64,000 nt of DNA from Alphaproteobacteria bacterium. GTDB taxonomy: Bacteria > Pseudomonadota > Alphaproteobacteria > SHVV01. Below the pieces are notes generated by a model, which was not told the DNA's origin, searched no databases, and was given only the letters and a program-made list of their open reading frames with translations. This document shows, piece after piece, positions 19,985-29,498 of the stretch (positions are counted from its first letter, which is position 1; the number at the start of each line of letters is the position of its first letter). Location of the stretch: positions 386,903 through 450,902 of the forward strand of contig CBDCYR010000005.1 of the NCBI GenBank assembly GCA_965224275.1, written 5' to 3'. The translations under genes and the position numbers were made by a program.

Positions 19985-20382
19985 GCAAACCCCACGTTGA
20001 CCACATCGGCATTATCGTCGGCGACCTCGACAGCGCCGTAGCAACTTTTACACCCCTGTTCGGCGGTCCGCCGATCAGCAGCAAGACCCTGACCGAGGCC
20101 GGCATTCGCGTTGCCGAGTTCGAGGCCGCCAACATTACCGTCGAACTGATCGAATATTGCGAGGCCGGCGCCAGCTTCGCCAAAACCGTGATGGGTGCAG
20201 CGCAGGGCCTCAACCACTTGTCGCTTCGCGTCGACAACGTCGATGACTCCATCAGATCATTGGCCGCCTCGGGCGTGACCGTGATGGATGGATTTCCCAC
20301 CCAGGGCGCGCACGGCACCGTCGCCTTCTTCGACCCCGACACCACCCAAGGCCTGCTACTCGAAGTCTGCGAGCCCGACTAG
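19981..20382 (+). CDS. VOC/glyoxalase-family protein (methylmalonyl-CoA epimerase-like)
   Basis: 133 aa, HIGIIVGDLD N-terminal VOC module. Confidence 0.6.
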   Translation: MSKPHVDHIGIIVGDLDSAVATFTPLFGGPPISSKTLTEAGIRVAEFEAANITVELIEYCEAGASFAKTVMGAAQGLNHLSLRVDNVDDSIRSLAASGVTVMDGFPTQGAHGTVAFFDPDTTQGLLLEVCEPD

Positions 20383-20404
20383 AGATCTGTTTTGAAAAGA
20401 AGAA

Positions 20405-20500
20405 ATCCCCTCACCCAACCCTCTCCCACTGGGGAGAGGGCTTCCGTTGTGCCCACGTCCAGCTCCCTCTCCCCTCCTGGTGGGAGAGGGCGGGGGTGAG
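20405..20500. repeat. REP-like palindromic intergenic element, two inverted units (CCCTCACCC..CCCTCTCCCactgGGGAGAGGG / CCCTCTCCCctcctggtGGGAGAGGGcgGGGGTGAGGGG)
   Basis: Seen in sequence. Same family as 3762-3849/5244-5270 and 21945-21992. Confidence 0.5.
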
Positions 20501-20534
20501 GGGTACCTGGAATATAAGCTACTGAACCCGCCGC

Positions 20535-21911
20535 ATGACCCCCGATCCCAATCGCCGTCTGTGGAACGAAGCGATCGAATTGATGGCGCCCGATGAGATG
20601 CGGGCGCTGCAACTCGAGCGCCTCAAGGTGCAATGCGCCTACAACTATGCGAGTTCGCCGTTCTATCGCGGACAGTTTAAGAAGGCCGGCATGGCACCGG
20701 CCGATATCCGCAGCTTCGAAGACTTCACCGCCCTGCCGCTGATGACCAAAGACGATCTCCGGCGCGGCCAGGAAGAGTCGATCGAACAGTTCGGCAACCC
20801 CTACGACATCCTGGCCTGCGCACCCCGCACCGACATCGTGCGTATCAATTCGACATCCGGCACCACCGGCATGCCGACGCTGTGGAAGCTCACCCAACAC
20901 GATGTCGGGGTGGTCAGTGAAATGCACGCCCGCAAGTATTGGCGAGCCGGCATTCGCCCCGGCGATATCGTCATTCAGGCCGTGTCGCTGAGCATGTTCA
21001 CCGGCGGTCTGCCCTTGTCGCAGGGGATCCAGAATCTCGGCGCGGCCTGCGTCCCGGTCGGCATCGAGGGCGGCACCAAGCGGGTCCTGCAATTCATCGA
21101 ACTCACCAAGCCCACCGTGATCGTCGCGACGCCGTCGTTCGGCCAGTATTTGATCGAAGAGTGCCCCAAGCACACCGGTCGGCTGGCCAATACGCTGGGT
21201 CTCAAATGGTTTATGTGCGCCGGTGAGCCCGGCGGCGGCGATCCCGAAATGCGTCGTCTGCTGGCCGATGACTTCGGCGCCAAGGTGTACGACCACACCG
21301 GCGGCGGCCATGCTTTCCATGGCATCTCGATCGATGAGCCGCCAGAGCACTACAGTGGCATGACCTTCGTTTCGGCCGACCATTGCCTGCTCGAATTGGT
21401 CGAGCCGTCGACCAAACGACTGATCGCTCTGGCCGACGGTGCCGAAGGCGAAATGATCTGGACGTTCCTCGATTGGCGCGGTGGTCCGCTGATGCGTTTC
21501 GCGGTTGGCGATGTCGCCACCATCGCCACCGGGCCCAGCCCGGACGGCCTGCCAGGATTGCGTTTCAAGATTATCGGCCGCGCCGATGACATGCTTATCG
21601 TCAAAGGCGTCAACATCTACCCCAGCGCTATCCAAGGTGCGATCATGAACCATCGTCCGCAGCTAACCGGCACCTTCCGCATCGTCCTCGATCGCCCCGG
21701 CCCTAAGGTAACGCCGCCGTTGCGCATCCGCCTCGAGCGCGGCCACGACGTCACCGAGGCCGACACCCCCGATATCGAAGCAAGGCTGCGCAAGCAGTTT
21801 CGAGAGGATCTACGGATTAACCCGGCGTTCGAGTGGGTGCCGGCCGGATCAATCGAACGCGCGGCCCACAAAACTCAACTGATAGAAATCGAGCCCGACG
21901 GAGAGTCGTAA
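20535..21911 (+). CDS. Phenylacetate-CoA ligase (PaaK)-family adenylate-forming enzyme, copy 2
   Basis: STSGTTGMPT motif; 458 aa; paralogue of 12723-14168. Confidence 0.75.
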   Translation: MTPDPNRRLWNEAIELMAPDEMRALQLERLKVQCAYNYASSPFYRGQFKKAGMAPADIRSFEDFTALPLMTKDDLRRGQEESIEQFGNPYDILACAPRTDIVRINSTSGTTGMPTLWKLTQHDVGVVSEMHARKYWRAGIRPGDIVIQAVSLSMFTGGLPLSQGIQNLGAACVPVGIEGGTKRVLQFIELTKPTVIVATPSFGQYLIEECPKHTGRLANTLGLKWFMCAGEPGGGDPEMRRLLADDFGAKVYDHTGGGHAFHGISIDEPPEHYSGMTFVSADHCLLELVEPSTKRLIALADGAEGEMIWTFLDWRGGPLMRFAVGDVATIATGPSPDGLPGLRFKIIGRADDMLIVKGVNIYPSAIQGAIMNHRPQLTGTFRIVLDRPGPKVTPPLRIRLERGHDVTEADTPDIEARLRKQFREDLRINPAFEWVPAGSIERAAHKTQLIEIEPDGES

Positions 21912-21944
21912 AGCTATTTCTTCCCCGCAACCCTAGCCAAAGAT

Positions 21945-21992
21945 TCCCTCTCCATCCTTTTGGGGGGAGAGGGGTAGGGTGAGGGGGGCGGC
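21945..21992. repeat. REP-like palindromic element (CCCTCTCC..GGGGAGAGGGGtaGGGTGAGGGGGG)
   Basis: Seen in sequence; same family as above. Confidence 0.4.
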
Positions 21993-22060
21993 TGAGGTCG
22001 CAAGATCGCCCGTTGTGCAGATTTGCTCCCGGCAAACCACGGGTTGAAAGGAAAACAATC

Positions 22061-23359
22061 ATGTCGCAGCCAACCCAGGCCCTGAGAAACGCCCGCGCGC
22101 CGAGAGCGCTCGTGGCCGACCCACCGGCCGAACTGATTCCCGACAGCGAAGACCTGATCACCGTCGATATCGAAATTTCCGCCGGGCGCATCGCCGCGAT
22201 CACAGCACCGTCTGGCACCATCGGCGCCGCTGAGATCGACCTTGATGGCGGCCAGGTGTGGCCGTGCTTTGCAGATATTCACACCCACCTCGATCTCGGT
22301 CACATCTGGCGGCGTGCGCCCAATCCAGATGGATCGTTCGAAACCGCCTTCGCCACCGTTGCCGCCGATCGCGACGCCCACTGGACGGCCGAAGATCTTC
22401 GCCAACGCATGGAGTTTGGCTTGCGCTGCAGCTACGCCCACGGCACCCGCGCCATTCGCACCCATCTCTTGTCGCAACCGCATCAGGCGCCCATCACATG
22501 GGGCGTTTTCCGCGAACTGCGCGAAGACTGGCGCGGTCGTATCGATCTCCAGGCCGTGTCGCTGCTCGTCGTCGATGATTTTCGCGACGGCCAGAGCGAT
22601 GCGATTGCCGATCTTGTTGCCGAGTCCGGCGGTCTGCTTGGCGCGGTCTGCTTCATGCGCCCCGACCTCGACGACCTGTTTGATCGCATCTTCCGGCTCG
22701 CCGGGGATCGCGGGATCGACCTCGACCTTCACGTCGACGAAAGCCTCGACGCGCAGGATAAAGCGCTTCGCCATGCCGCCGCGGCCGCGGTCCGCAACAA
22801 GTTCGAAGGCCGTGTGCAATGCGGCCATTGCTGCAGCCTGTCGGTGCAGTCGGCCGACGATGTCGATCGCACCCTCGATAGCGCGGCCCAGGCCAACTTC
22901 TCGATCGTCAGCCTGCCAATGTGCAACATCTATTTGATGGATCGCGAGGCCGGACGCACGCCGCGCCGGCGCGGCGTCACCCTGGTGCGCGAAATGGCGG
23001 CCCGCGGCATCCCGGTCTCGTTTGGCAGCGACAACTGTCGCGATCCGTTCTACGGCTACGGCGATCACGATGCCTTCGAGGTCATCACCGAGGCCGCCCG
23101 CATCGCCCACGTCGATACACCGTTCGCCGAGTGGCCGCGCAGCGTCACCGCGACACCGATCGACGTCATGGGGCTCGACTCGCCTGGCTTCATCAAAGTT
23201 GGCGAACCCGCCGATCTCGTCTTGTTCAGCGGTCGCTTCTATAGCGAGTTGCTGACCCGGCCACAGACCGATCGAACCGTCCTCCGCAACGGCGAGGCCA
23301 TTGACACAACCCTGCCCGACTATAGAGAGTTGGACGATCTGCTCGTCGGCTCAGCCTAG
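22061..23359 (+). CDS. Amidohydrolase-superfamily enzyme (cytosine deaminase / chlorohydrolase-like)
   Basis: ADIHTHLD (HxH), HVDE and FGSDN motifs. ATG 22061 after AAAGGAAAACAATC. Confidence 0.6.
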   Translation: MSQPTQALRNARAPRALVADPPAELIPDSEDLITVDIEISAGRIAAITAPSGTIGAAEIDLDGGQVWPCFADIHTHLDLGHIWRRAPNPDGSFETAFATVAADRDAHWTAEDLRQRMEFGLRCSYAHGTRAIRTHLLSQPHQAPITWGVFRELREDWRGRIDLQAVSLLVVDDFRDGQSDAIADLVAESGGLLGAVCFMRPDLDDLFDRIFRLAGDRGIDLDLHVDESLDAQDKALRHAAAAAVRNKFEGRVQCGHCCSLSVQSADDVDRTLDSAAQANFSIVSLPMCNIYLMDREAGRTPRRRGVTLVREMAARGIPVSFGSDNCRDPFYGYGDHDAFEVITEAARIAHVDTPFAEWPRSVTATPIDVMGLDSPGFIKVGEPADLVLFSGRFYSELLTRPQTDRTVLRNGEAIDTTLPDYRELDDLLVGSA

Positions 23360-23467
23360 GGCATTGTCGACGTAATCCTCAAAATGCTCGAGGCGAGCGC
23401 TAAACCAAAAATCCGCGCGCCAAGCGCGGTACAAGTGTAGAAACCATAGGAAACCTGGGGAGGATTC

Positions 23468-24217
23468 ATGGGCAAGCTCGACGGAAAAGTTGCGTTCATC
23501 ACCGGCGCTAGCCGCGGCTTGGGGAAAGCCATGGCGATCGCGTTCGCTGCGGAAGGCGCCGCACTGGCGGTCGGCTACAATTCAAGCGCTGAGGGCGCCA
23601 ACGATACGGTCGCAACCATCCGCAAGGCGGGCGGCAATGCTGAAGCCTACCAAGGCGACATCACCGTTCCTGAAGTGGTCGACGGGATCGTCACCGGGGT
23701 GGTCGACCAATTCGGCACCGTCGACGTCCTGGTTAACAATGCCGGCCTCGTAAACGCCTCGCCGCTCAACGAAATGTCGGTTGAAATCTGGGATGCCATG
23801 TTCGCGATCCATGTGCGGGCCATGTTCCTGTGCTCGCGAGCCGTGCTACCGCACATGCTGGCTCAGAAGTCAGGCAACATTATCAACATGGGCGGCACTT
23901 TCGGGGTCACCGGGATGGAGAACTTCACTCATATGTCGGCTGCCAAAGCTGCGATGATCGGCTTCACCCGCGCGCTGGCCAAAGAAGCCGGGCCCAACGG
24001 GATTCGCGTCAACTGCCTGACGCCGGCAATGATTCGTGGTGAAACCACCGCCAATATGCCGCAGGATTATTTGGAATCGTTGCGTCAGCGCTATCCATTG
24101 CGCCGTCTTGGCGAAGTTGAGGACGTCAATTCCTGTGCCTTGTTCCTGGCATCGGACGAGTCCTCGTTCGTTACCGGACAAAACCTCGCGCCCGCCGGCG
24201 GCGAAGTGATGCCCTAA
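23468..24217 (+). CDS. Short-chain dehydrogenase/reductase (FabG-like SDR)
   Basis: ITGASRGLGKAMA and NNAG motifs. Confidence 0.8.
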   Translation: MGKLDGKVAFITGASRGLGKAMAIAFAAEGAALAVGYNSSAEGANDTVATIRKAGGNAEAYQGDITVPEVVDGIVTGVVDQFGTVDVLVNNAGLVNASPLNEMSVEIWDAMFAIHVRAMFLCSRAVLPHMLAQKSGNIINMGGTFGVTGMENFTHMSAAKAAMIGFTRALAKEAGPNGIRVNCLTPAMIRGETTANMPQDYLESLRQRYPLRRLGEVEDVNSCALFLASDESSFVTGQNLAPAGGEVMP

Positions 24218-24293
24218 GCGAAATAAGTCTATTGGCCGTGGCCCGTGGGTCGTCGGCCCCATTCAACAGCACGAACCGCGCGGAGTAATGACG

Positions 24294-25124
24294 ATGAAGG
24301 TCAATGTAGGACTGGTCCAGATGGACTGCTCGGGCGAGCGCAAGGCAAACCTTGCCCGTGCCGAGGAGATGGTGCGGCAGGCTGCCGGCCAGGGCGCGCA
24401 AGTGATCCTGTTGCCGGAAGTTTTTCACGAACTCTTTTTCATCATGTCGCTCGACATGTCGATCTTCGATAAATCCGAGCCGATTCCGGGTCCTATCACC
24501 GATCAGATGCAGGCGCTCAGCCAGGAGCTCGGCGTCGTCATCGTCGCGCCGATCTATGAAAGCGTTGGCAGTAGCGTCTACTACAACTCGGCCGCCGTGA
24601 TCGATGCCGATGGCAGCCTGCTCGGCGTTTACCGCAAAAACCATATCCCGCTCAGCACCAAGTTCTACGAGAAGCTCTATTTCAAACCCGGCAATTTGGG
24701 CTACCCGGTTTTTGATACCAAGTTCGGCCGCGTCGGCATTCTGATCTGTCACGATCGCCACTACCCCGAAGGCGCGCGGGCGCTCGGCCTCAACGGCGCT
24801 GAGATCCTCCTGGTGCCGAGCGCGACGCCAACCGCCAGCCTGTCGGTGCGGGTGTGGGAGAAGGAATTGGCAGCGCATGCGATCTTCAACGAGTATTTCG
24901 TTGGCGGCCTCAACCGCGTCGGTACCGAAGGCGACTACACCTATTATGGCCGCAGCGTCATGTTCGACCCGGCCGGCGAGCTCATCGCCCAAGCCGGCGA
25001 AGGCGAAGAATGCCTGATCGGCGAATGCGACCTCGACGTGATCGTCAGCCGCCGCCGCGCTTGGCAGTTCTACCGCGACCGCCGACCAGACACTTACGAC
25101 GTCCTTACCCAACTTGTTCCCTAG
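24294..25124 (+). CDS. Carbon-nitrogen hydrolase (nitrilase superfamily; N-carbamoyl-amino acid / beta-ureidopropionase-like amidase), paralogue A
   Basis: E (LPEVF), K and C (ICHD) catalytic triad context. Shares long identical blocks with 31224-32087. Confidence 0.75.
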   Translation: MKVNVGLVQMDCSGERKANLARAEEMVRQAAGQGAQVILLPEVFHELFFIMSLDMSIFDKSEPIPGPITDQMQALSQELGVVIVAPIYESVGSSVYYNSAAVIDADGSLLGVYRKNHIPLSTKFYEKLYFKPGNLGYPVFDTKFGRVGILICHDRHYPEGARALGLNGAEILLVPSATPTASLSVRVWEKELAAHAIFNEYFVGGLNRVGTEGDYTYYGRSVMFDPAGELIAQAGEGEECLIGECDLDVIVSRRRAWQFYRDRRPDTYDVLTQLVP

Positions 25125-25149
25125 TAGATCAAGACCGGAGATACATGCC

Positions 25150-25539
25150 ATGACGGCCGCAATTGAGCACATCCATTTCCTGTGCGCCGACCCCGAAAGG
25201 ACCGCGGGTTTCTTCAACACCTATCTCGACGCCGAGGAGATCGAGCGGGTGACGATGCCCGATTGGTTGATTATCCGGCTGCGGATCGGACCGGCCATCA
25301 TCGCCCTGTCGCCGAAACGCGGCGCGCAAGTGCTGGCCGATCCACCGAGCCCGCCCTATCGCGGGTTCTCGCATATCGGCCTCACGGTTGCCGCGGTCGA
25401 CGAATTGGTCGAACGCATGCGCGGTGACGGCATTCCAGTCACGGTCGAACCGTTCGAAATCGCGCCCGGGGTGCGCGCGGCCTATGTGCTGGCCCCGGAC
25501 GACATCGAGCTCGAACTCCTGCAACCGCCCCAATCCTAG
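25150..25539 (+). CDS. VOC/glyoxalase-family protein
   Basis: GGAGA RBS then ATG 25150. HIHFLCADPERT N-terminal VOC module. Followed by short CCTAGG-type micro-repeats. Confidence 0.55.
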   Translation: MTAAIEHIHFLCADPERTAGFFNTYLDAEEIERVTMPDWLIIRLRIGPAIIALSPKRGAQVLADPPSPPYRGFSHIGLTVAAVDELVERMRGDGIPVTVEPFEIAPGVRAAYVLAPDDIELELLQPPQS

Positions 25540-25566
25540 GCGTCCTAGACGTCCTAGGCGGCCTAA

Positions 25567-26498
25567 GAGTCCGACTCGAAACTCTATGTTTGATAACAGT
25601 ACCTTGCGAGCCGCCTTGTGAGGAGTCGGATGTTGGCGACAAGAATCCATGCCTGTGCGGAGGCGATTGATTTCTCCCAATCCTTGGCCAGTCGACGGCA
25701 TCGGTTGAGCCAGGCGAAGGTCCTCTCGACGACCCATCGTCTGGGCAGGAGCTCGAAGCCCTGGGCGGTGTCTGAGCGCTTGATGATCTCGAGCTTCCAG
25801 CGGCCGATGTCCTCAAGGGCGCCCTCGAGTTTCGGTCCCGCGTAGGCGGCGTCGGCGAAGAGGTGACGCAGCCGGGGGAAGCGATGACGGATCGATTTGA
25901 GGACCTCGGGCGCGCCGTCGCGGTCCTGGATATCGGCTGCGTGCACGATCAGGCCGACCAGCAGGCCGAGTGTATCGGTGACGATGTGACGCTTGCGGCC
26001 CTTGATCTTCTTGCCCGCGTCATAGCCCCGAACACCACCGCTTTCCGTGGTTTTCACGCTCTGGCTGTCGATCACCCCGGCGCTCGGGCCGGCCTCGCGT
26101 CCTTCCAGCTCCCGGGCCGCCATGACCAGGTGATGGTTGATGCTCTCCAGCAGGCCGTTGGAGCGCCAGTCGTAGAAATAGCGCTGGACCGTGGAAGGCG
26201 GAGGGAAGTCGTTCGGCAACATCGCCCACTGGCAGCCCGTCGAGGCCATGTACATGACCGCATCCATGACATGGCGCAGGTCCGTCGTCCTCGGCCGGCC
26301 GATCTTCTTGCGCGGCGGCATGAGCGGCGCGATCAACGCCCACTCTCGATCCGTCAGGTCGCTTGCGTAGCGCCCGCCACGGCGCTCATAATTCGGGCGA
26401 GTGATTTCGGTCCACATGTTGTGCCTCCTCGTTTGCTTTGACACAACCGAGTAAGCCACAACCGACTGAAATCACTCAACTAGTTTCGGGTTGGCCTC
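25567..26498 (-). mobile_element. IS5-family (IS427/IS1031-like) insertion sequence copy 1, 932 bp, TSD TAA
   Basis: Terminal IRs GAGTCCGACTCGAAACT / GAGGCCAACCCGAAACT (rc). Flanking TAA at 25564-25566 and 26499-26501. Confidence 0.9.
25584..26459 (-). CDS. IS5-family transposase (DDE), 291 aa. Probable true start at ATGTGG (MWTEI) preceded by GAGGAGG.
   Basis: GRPRTTDLRHVMDAVMYMASTGCQWAMLP and DDE region typical of the IS5 family. Confidence 0.85.
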   Translation of the reverse strand: MAYSVVSKQTRRHNMWTEITRPNYERRGGRYASDLTDREWALIAPLMPPRKKIGRPRTTDLRHVMDAVMYMASTGCQWAMLPNDFPPPSTVQRYFYDWRSNGLLESINHHLVMAARELEGREAGPSAGVIDSQSVKTTESGGVRGYDAGKKIKGRKRHIVTDTLGLLVGLIVHAADIQDRDGAPEVLKSIRHRFPRLRHLFADAAYAGPKLEGALEDIGRWKLEIIKRSDTAQGFELLPRRWVVERTFAWLNRCRRLAKDWEKSIASAQAWILVANIRLLTRRLARYCYQT

Positions 26499-26551
26499 TA
26501 AGCGGCCCGGACGACTGAAACGGCTTAGCGGAGGAGCAACACGGAGTCGCC

Positions 26552-27337
26552 ATGGCAGACCCCACCAACCTGTTGATCGAGCGCGACAACGGCATTGCCT
26601 GGTTGATTGTCAACCGTCCGGAAGTCCGCAACGCGCTGGATACCGAACTCTGCGGCCAAATGATCGCGGCGTTGAAGACGGTGAGTGATGATCCCAACGT
26701 GCGCGTCATCGTGCTGCGCGGCGCCGGCGAACGCGTGTTCATTTCCGGTGCCGACGTCAACGAGTTCCGGGCCCGCCTGGCCACACCGCAGGGCGCCCTG
26801 GACTACGACGAAGAGGCCGAAGCGCTAATGCGCGCGATCAAATCGGTCGCTAAACCCGTAATCGCGATGATCCATGGTTACGCCATCGGCAGCGGTCTTC
26901 TCGTTGCCATGGCCTGCGATCTTCGCATTGCCGCCGACGCCGTGCGGGTTGGCATCCCGGTCGCCAGGATCGGACTGGTTCCACCGGTTCCCGACGTCGC
27001 CCGCCTGGTGCGTCTGATCGGCCCGGATCGTGCCAAATGGCTGCTCATGACCGGCCGCCTGATCACTGCCGCTGAGGCTCAGTCCTACGGGCTGATCAAT
27101 CGGGTGGTGCCAGCCGAGGAACTGGAGTCGACGACCACCGAGATTGCCGCAACCCTGGCCGGCAACGCCCCGCTCTCGCTCAAAGCCATCAAACAGATGG
27201 TCGACCGCATTGGCGCTGCCGGACAATCGGTCAGCGAGGGCGCGTTGTGGTACGACGAGGTCTACACCAGCGCGGATTTCAAAGAGGGCGTCGATGCCTT
27301 TTTCGACAAACGCGCGCCGGTCTTCCGCGGCGAATAA
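26552..27337 (+). CDS. Enoyl-CoA hydratase/isomerase (crotonase family)
   Basis: 261 aa; crotonase fold signatures (ISGADVNEF; oxyanion hole region). Confidence 0.8.
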   Translation: MADPTNLLIERDNGIAWLIVNRPEVRNALDTELCGQMIAALKTVSDDPNVRVIVLRGAGERVFISGADVNEFRARLATPQGALDYDEEAEALMRAIKSVAKPVIAMIHGYAIGSGLLVAMACDLRIAADAVRVGIPVARIGLVPPVPDVARLVRLIGPDRAKWLLMTGRLITAAEAQSYGLINRVVPAEELESTTTEIAATLAGNAPLSLKAIKQMVDRIGAAGQSVSEGALWYDEVYTSADFKEGVDAFFDKRAPVFRGE

Positions 27338-27352
27338 AGCCTGCGCGTAGAC

Positions 27353-28564
27353 ATGAACAATACCGACACCGCTACGCCTGAGCTAGGGTCCGGACCACTC
27401 GCGGGGATCCGCGTCATCGACTTCACGCATATGCTCGCGGGCCCCTACGCAACCTGGATATTGGGCGCACTTGGCGCCGACGTCATCAAGGTCGAACGTC
27501 CCGAAACCGGCGATTTCACACGCGCGATCGAACCCCGCATCGGCGGCGAGAGCGTCTATTTCGCCAGCGTCAACCGCAACAAACGCAGCATCACCATAAA
27601 CCTTAAGTCCGACGAGGGTCGTGAGATCGCTCGAAAGCTTGTCGCTGGCGCCGATATTCTGGTCGAGAACAACCGGCCCGGTGTGATGGATCGACTCGAG
27701 CTCGGTTACGAAGCCCTCAGCGCGATCAATCCCGGCCTGGTCTACGCCTCGATCTCCGGTTTCGGCCAGACCGGACCGTTGCGCGATCGGCCAGCATTTG
27801 ACATGGTCATCCAGGCCATGTCGGGGATGATGAGCATCACCGGCACGCCCGATGGTCCGCCCGTGCGAGTGGGGACATCGCTCGGTGATATCGGCTCGAG
27901 TCTGTTCGGGACAGTTGGCATTCTCGCCGCGCTGCAAGAACGCAATCGCACCGGCAAAGGCGCCGCGATCGACGTCGCCATGCTCGACAGCCAGTTGGCG
28001 ATCCTCGAAAACGCCATCGCGCGCTGGTTCAATACCGGTCAGCGCCCTCAGCCGCTCGGCTCACGCCACCCCATGGTGGCCCCGTTCCAGGCTTTCGCGA
28101 CGCAGGATGAACCCATCGTCGTCTGCGTCGACACCACCGCTCAGTGGCAGCGATTGTGCGACGCGATGGCGCGCCCCGAATTGATCGGGGATCCGCGGTT
28201 CGCCGATAGCAATGATCGAGTCCGCAACCACGCCGAACTCGAGCCCGAACTCATGCGCACCTTCGCAACCCGCACACGTGACGAATGGCTCGCCGCGCTT
28301 GAGGTCGCCGACATCCCGTGCGGATCGGTCAATGCGATCGACCAAGCCATGGCATTGGATCAGGTCGCGGCGCGCGACATGATCTCCGACCTCGCCGATC
28401 AAGGCAGCGGACAATTCGTCGCCATGCCGATACGCACCGGATCACAGGAACCACTGGTTGAGCGTCGCGCCCCTCATCTCGGCGAGCACACCGACCAGGT
28501 TCTTGGCGAACTCGATTATTCCGCCGCCGATGTCGAACGTTTGCGCGCAATCGGCGCCGTCTAG
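27353..28564 (+). CDS. Family III CoA-transferase (CaiB/BaiF/Frc family)
   Basis: IRVIDFTHMLAGPYATWILGALGADVIKVE N-terminal signature. Confidence 0.8.
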   Translation: MNNTDTATPELGSGPLAGIRVIDFTHMLAGPYATWILGALGADVIKVERPETGDFTRAIEPRIGGESVYFASVNRNKRSITINLKSDEGREIARKLVAGADILVENNRPGVMDRLELGYEALSAINPGLVYASISGFGQTGPLRDRPAFDMVIQAMSGMMSITGTPDGPPVRVGTSLGDIGSSLFGTVGILAALQERNRTGKGAAIDVAMLDSQLAILENAIARWFNTGQRPQPLGSRHPMVAPFQAFATQDEPIVVCVDTTAQWQRLCDAMARPELIGDPRFADSNDRVRNHAELEPELMRTFATRTRDEWLAALEVADIPCGSVNAIDQAMALDQVAARDMISDLADQGSGQFVAMPIRTGSQEPLVERRAPHLGEHTDQVLGELDYSAADVERLRAIGAV

Positions 28565-28598
28565 CGGAACAAACCGATCAACAGGGGAGTTACAGCCC

Positions 28599-29498
28599 AT
28601 GGCCACCTTCACGACCACCGATGGCGTTCAGCTCTATTTCGAGGAAACCGGCGCCGGAACGCCGATCATCTTCGTGCACGAGTTTTCCGGTGACTATCGT
28701 GCCTGGGAACATCAGGTTCGCTTCTTCAGCCGCCGCTATCGCTGCATTACCTTTAACGCGCGCGGCTATCCGCCCTCGGAAGTGCCTGATGATGTCGAGC
28801 TCTATAGCCAGACGCGCGCAGTTACGGATATCTGCGAGACCCTCGATCACCTTGGTATCGACACGGCCCATGTTGTCGGCTTGTCGATGGGTGGCTTCGC
28901 CGCGATGCATTTCGGGCTGGACTACGCCGATCGCGCGCGCTCGGTCGTCATTGGCGGTGTCGGCTTTGGCGCCGACCCCAGTACCGCCGATAAGTTCCGC
29001 GACGAAGTCGAAGCCGTCGCCCGGCGCTGGGAGGACGAAGGCCCGGAGATATTCGCGCCGATCTATGGCCGGGGTCCGGGCCGCGAGCAGCTCGAAAACA
29101 AGGATCCGCGTGGCTTCGATGAATTCATCAAGCAACTCCAGCAACATTCCGGCCGCGGCGCCGCAATGACGCTACGCGGCGTGCAAATGCGCCGGCCCTC
29201 GCCGTGGGACCTGCGCGACCGTCTCGCCGAAATGACCGTTCCCGCCCTCGTCCTGCATGGCGATGAAGACCGCCCGGCGTTGCCGACCGGCGTGTTCCTC
29301 AAACAGACGATCCCCACAGCCGGCCTGGTGGTCCTGCCCAAGACCGGCCACACCGCCAACCTCGAAGAACCGGCCGCCTTCAATCAGGCGGTCCAGGATT
29401 TCATCCTCACCGTCGACAATGGCCGCTGGGAGCGCCGCGACAAACGCACCGAAAGCGAAGCCATCCTCTTAGAGTCCGACTCGAAACTCTATGTTTGA
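28599..29498 (+). CDS. Alpha/beta-fold hydrolase; native last two codons and stop (EK*) replaced by 8 IS-encoded residues because IS5 copy 2 inserted at 29472
   Basis: GLSMGG nucleophile elbow. ORF ends ...ILLESDSKLYV* inside the IS. Removing the IS with TSD TTA restores ...ILLEK*. Confidence 0.7.
   Translation: MATFTTTDGVQLYFEETGAGTPIIFVHEFSGDYRAWEHQVRFFSRRYRCITFNARGYPPSEVPDDVELYSQTRAVTDICETLDHLGIDTAHVVGLSMGGFAAMHFGLDYADRARSVVIGGVGFGADPSTADKFRDEVEAVARRWEDEGPEIFAPIYGRGPGREQLENKDPRGFDEFIKQLQQHSGRGAAMTLRGVQMRRPSPWDLRDRLAEMTVPALVLHGDEDRPALPTGVFLKQTIPTAGLVVLPKTGHTANLEEPAAFNQAVQDFILTVDNGRWERRDKRTESEAILLESDSKLYV

Noticed and set aside
25537-25565. Short CCTAGG-containing micro-repeat (cgtcctag x3) after the VOC gene stop
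   Set aside because: Only about 3 units of 8 bp. Most likely slippage at the IS5 target site. No CRISPR-like spacing or size.
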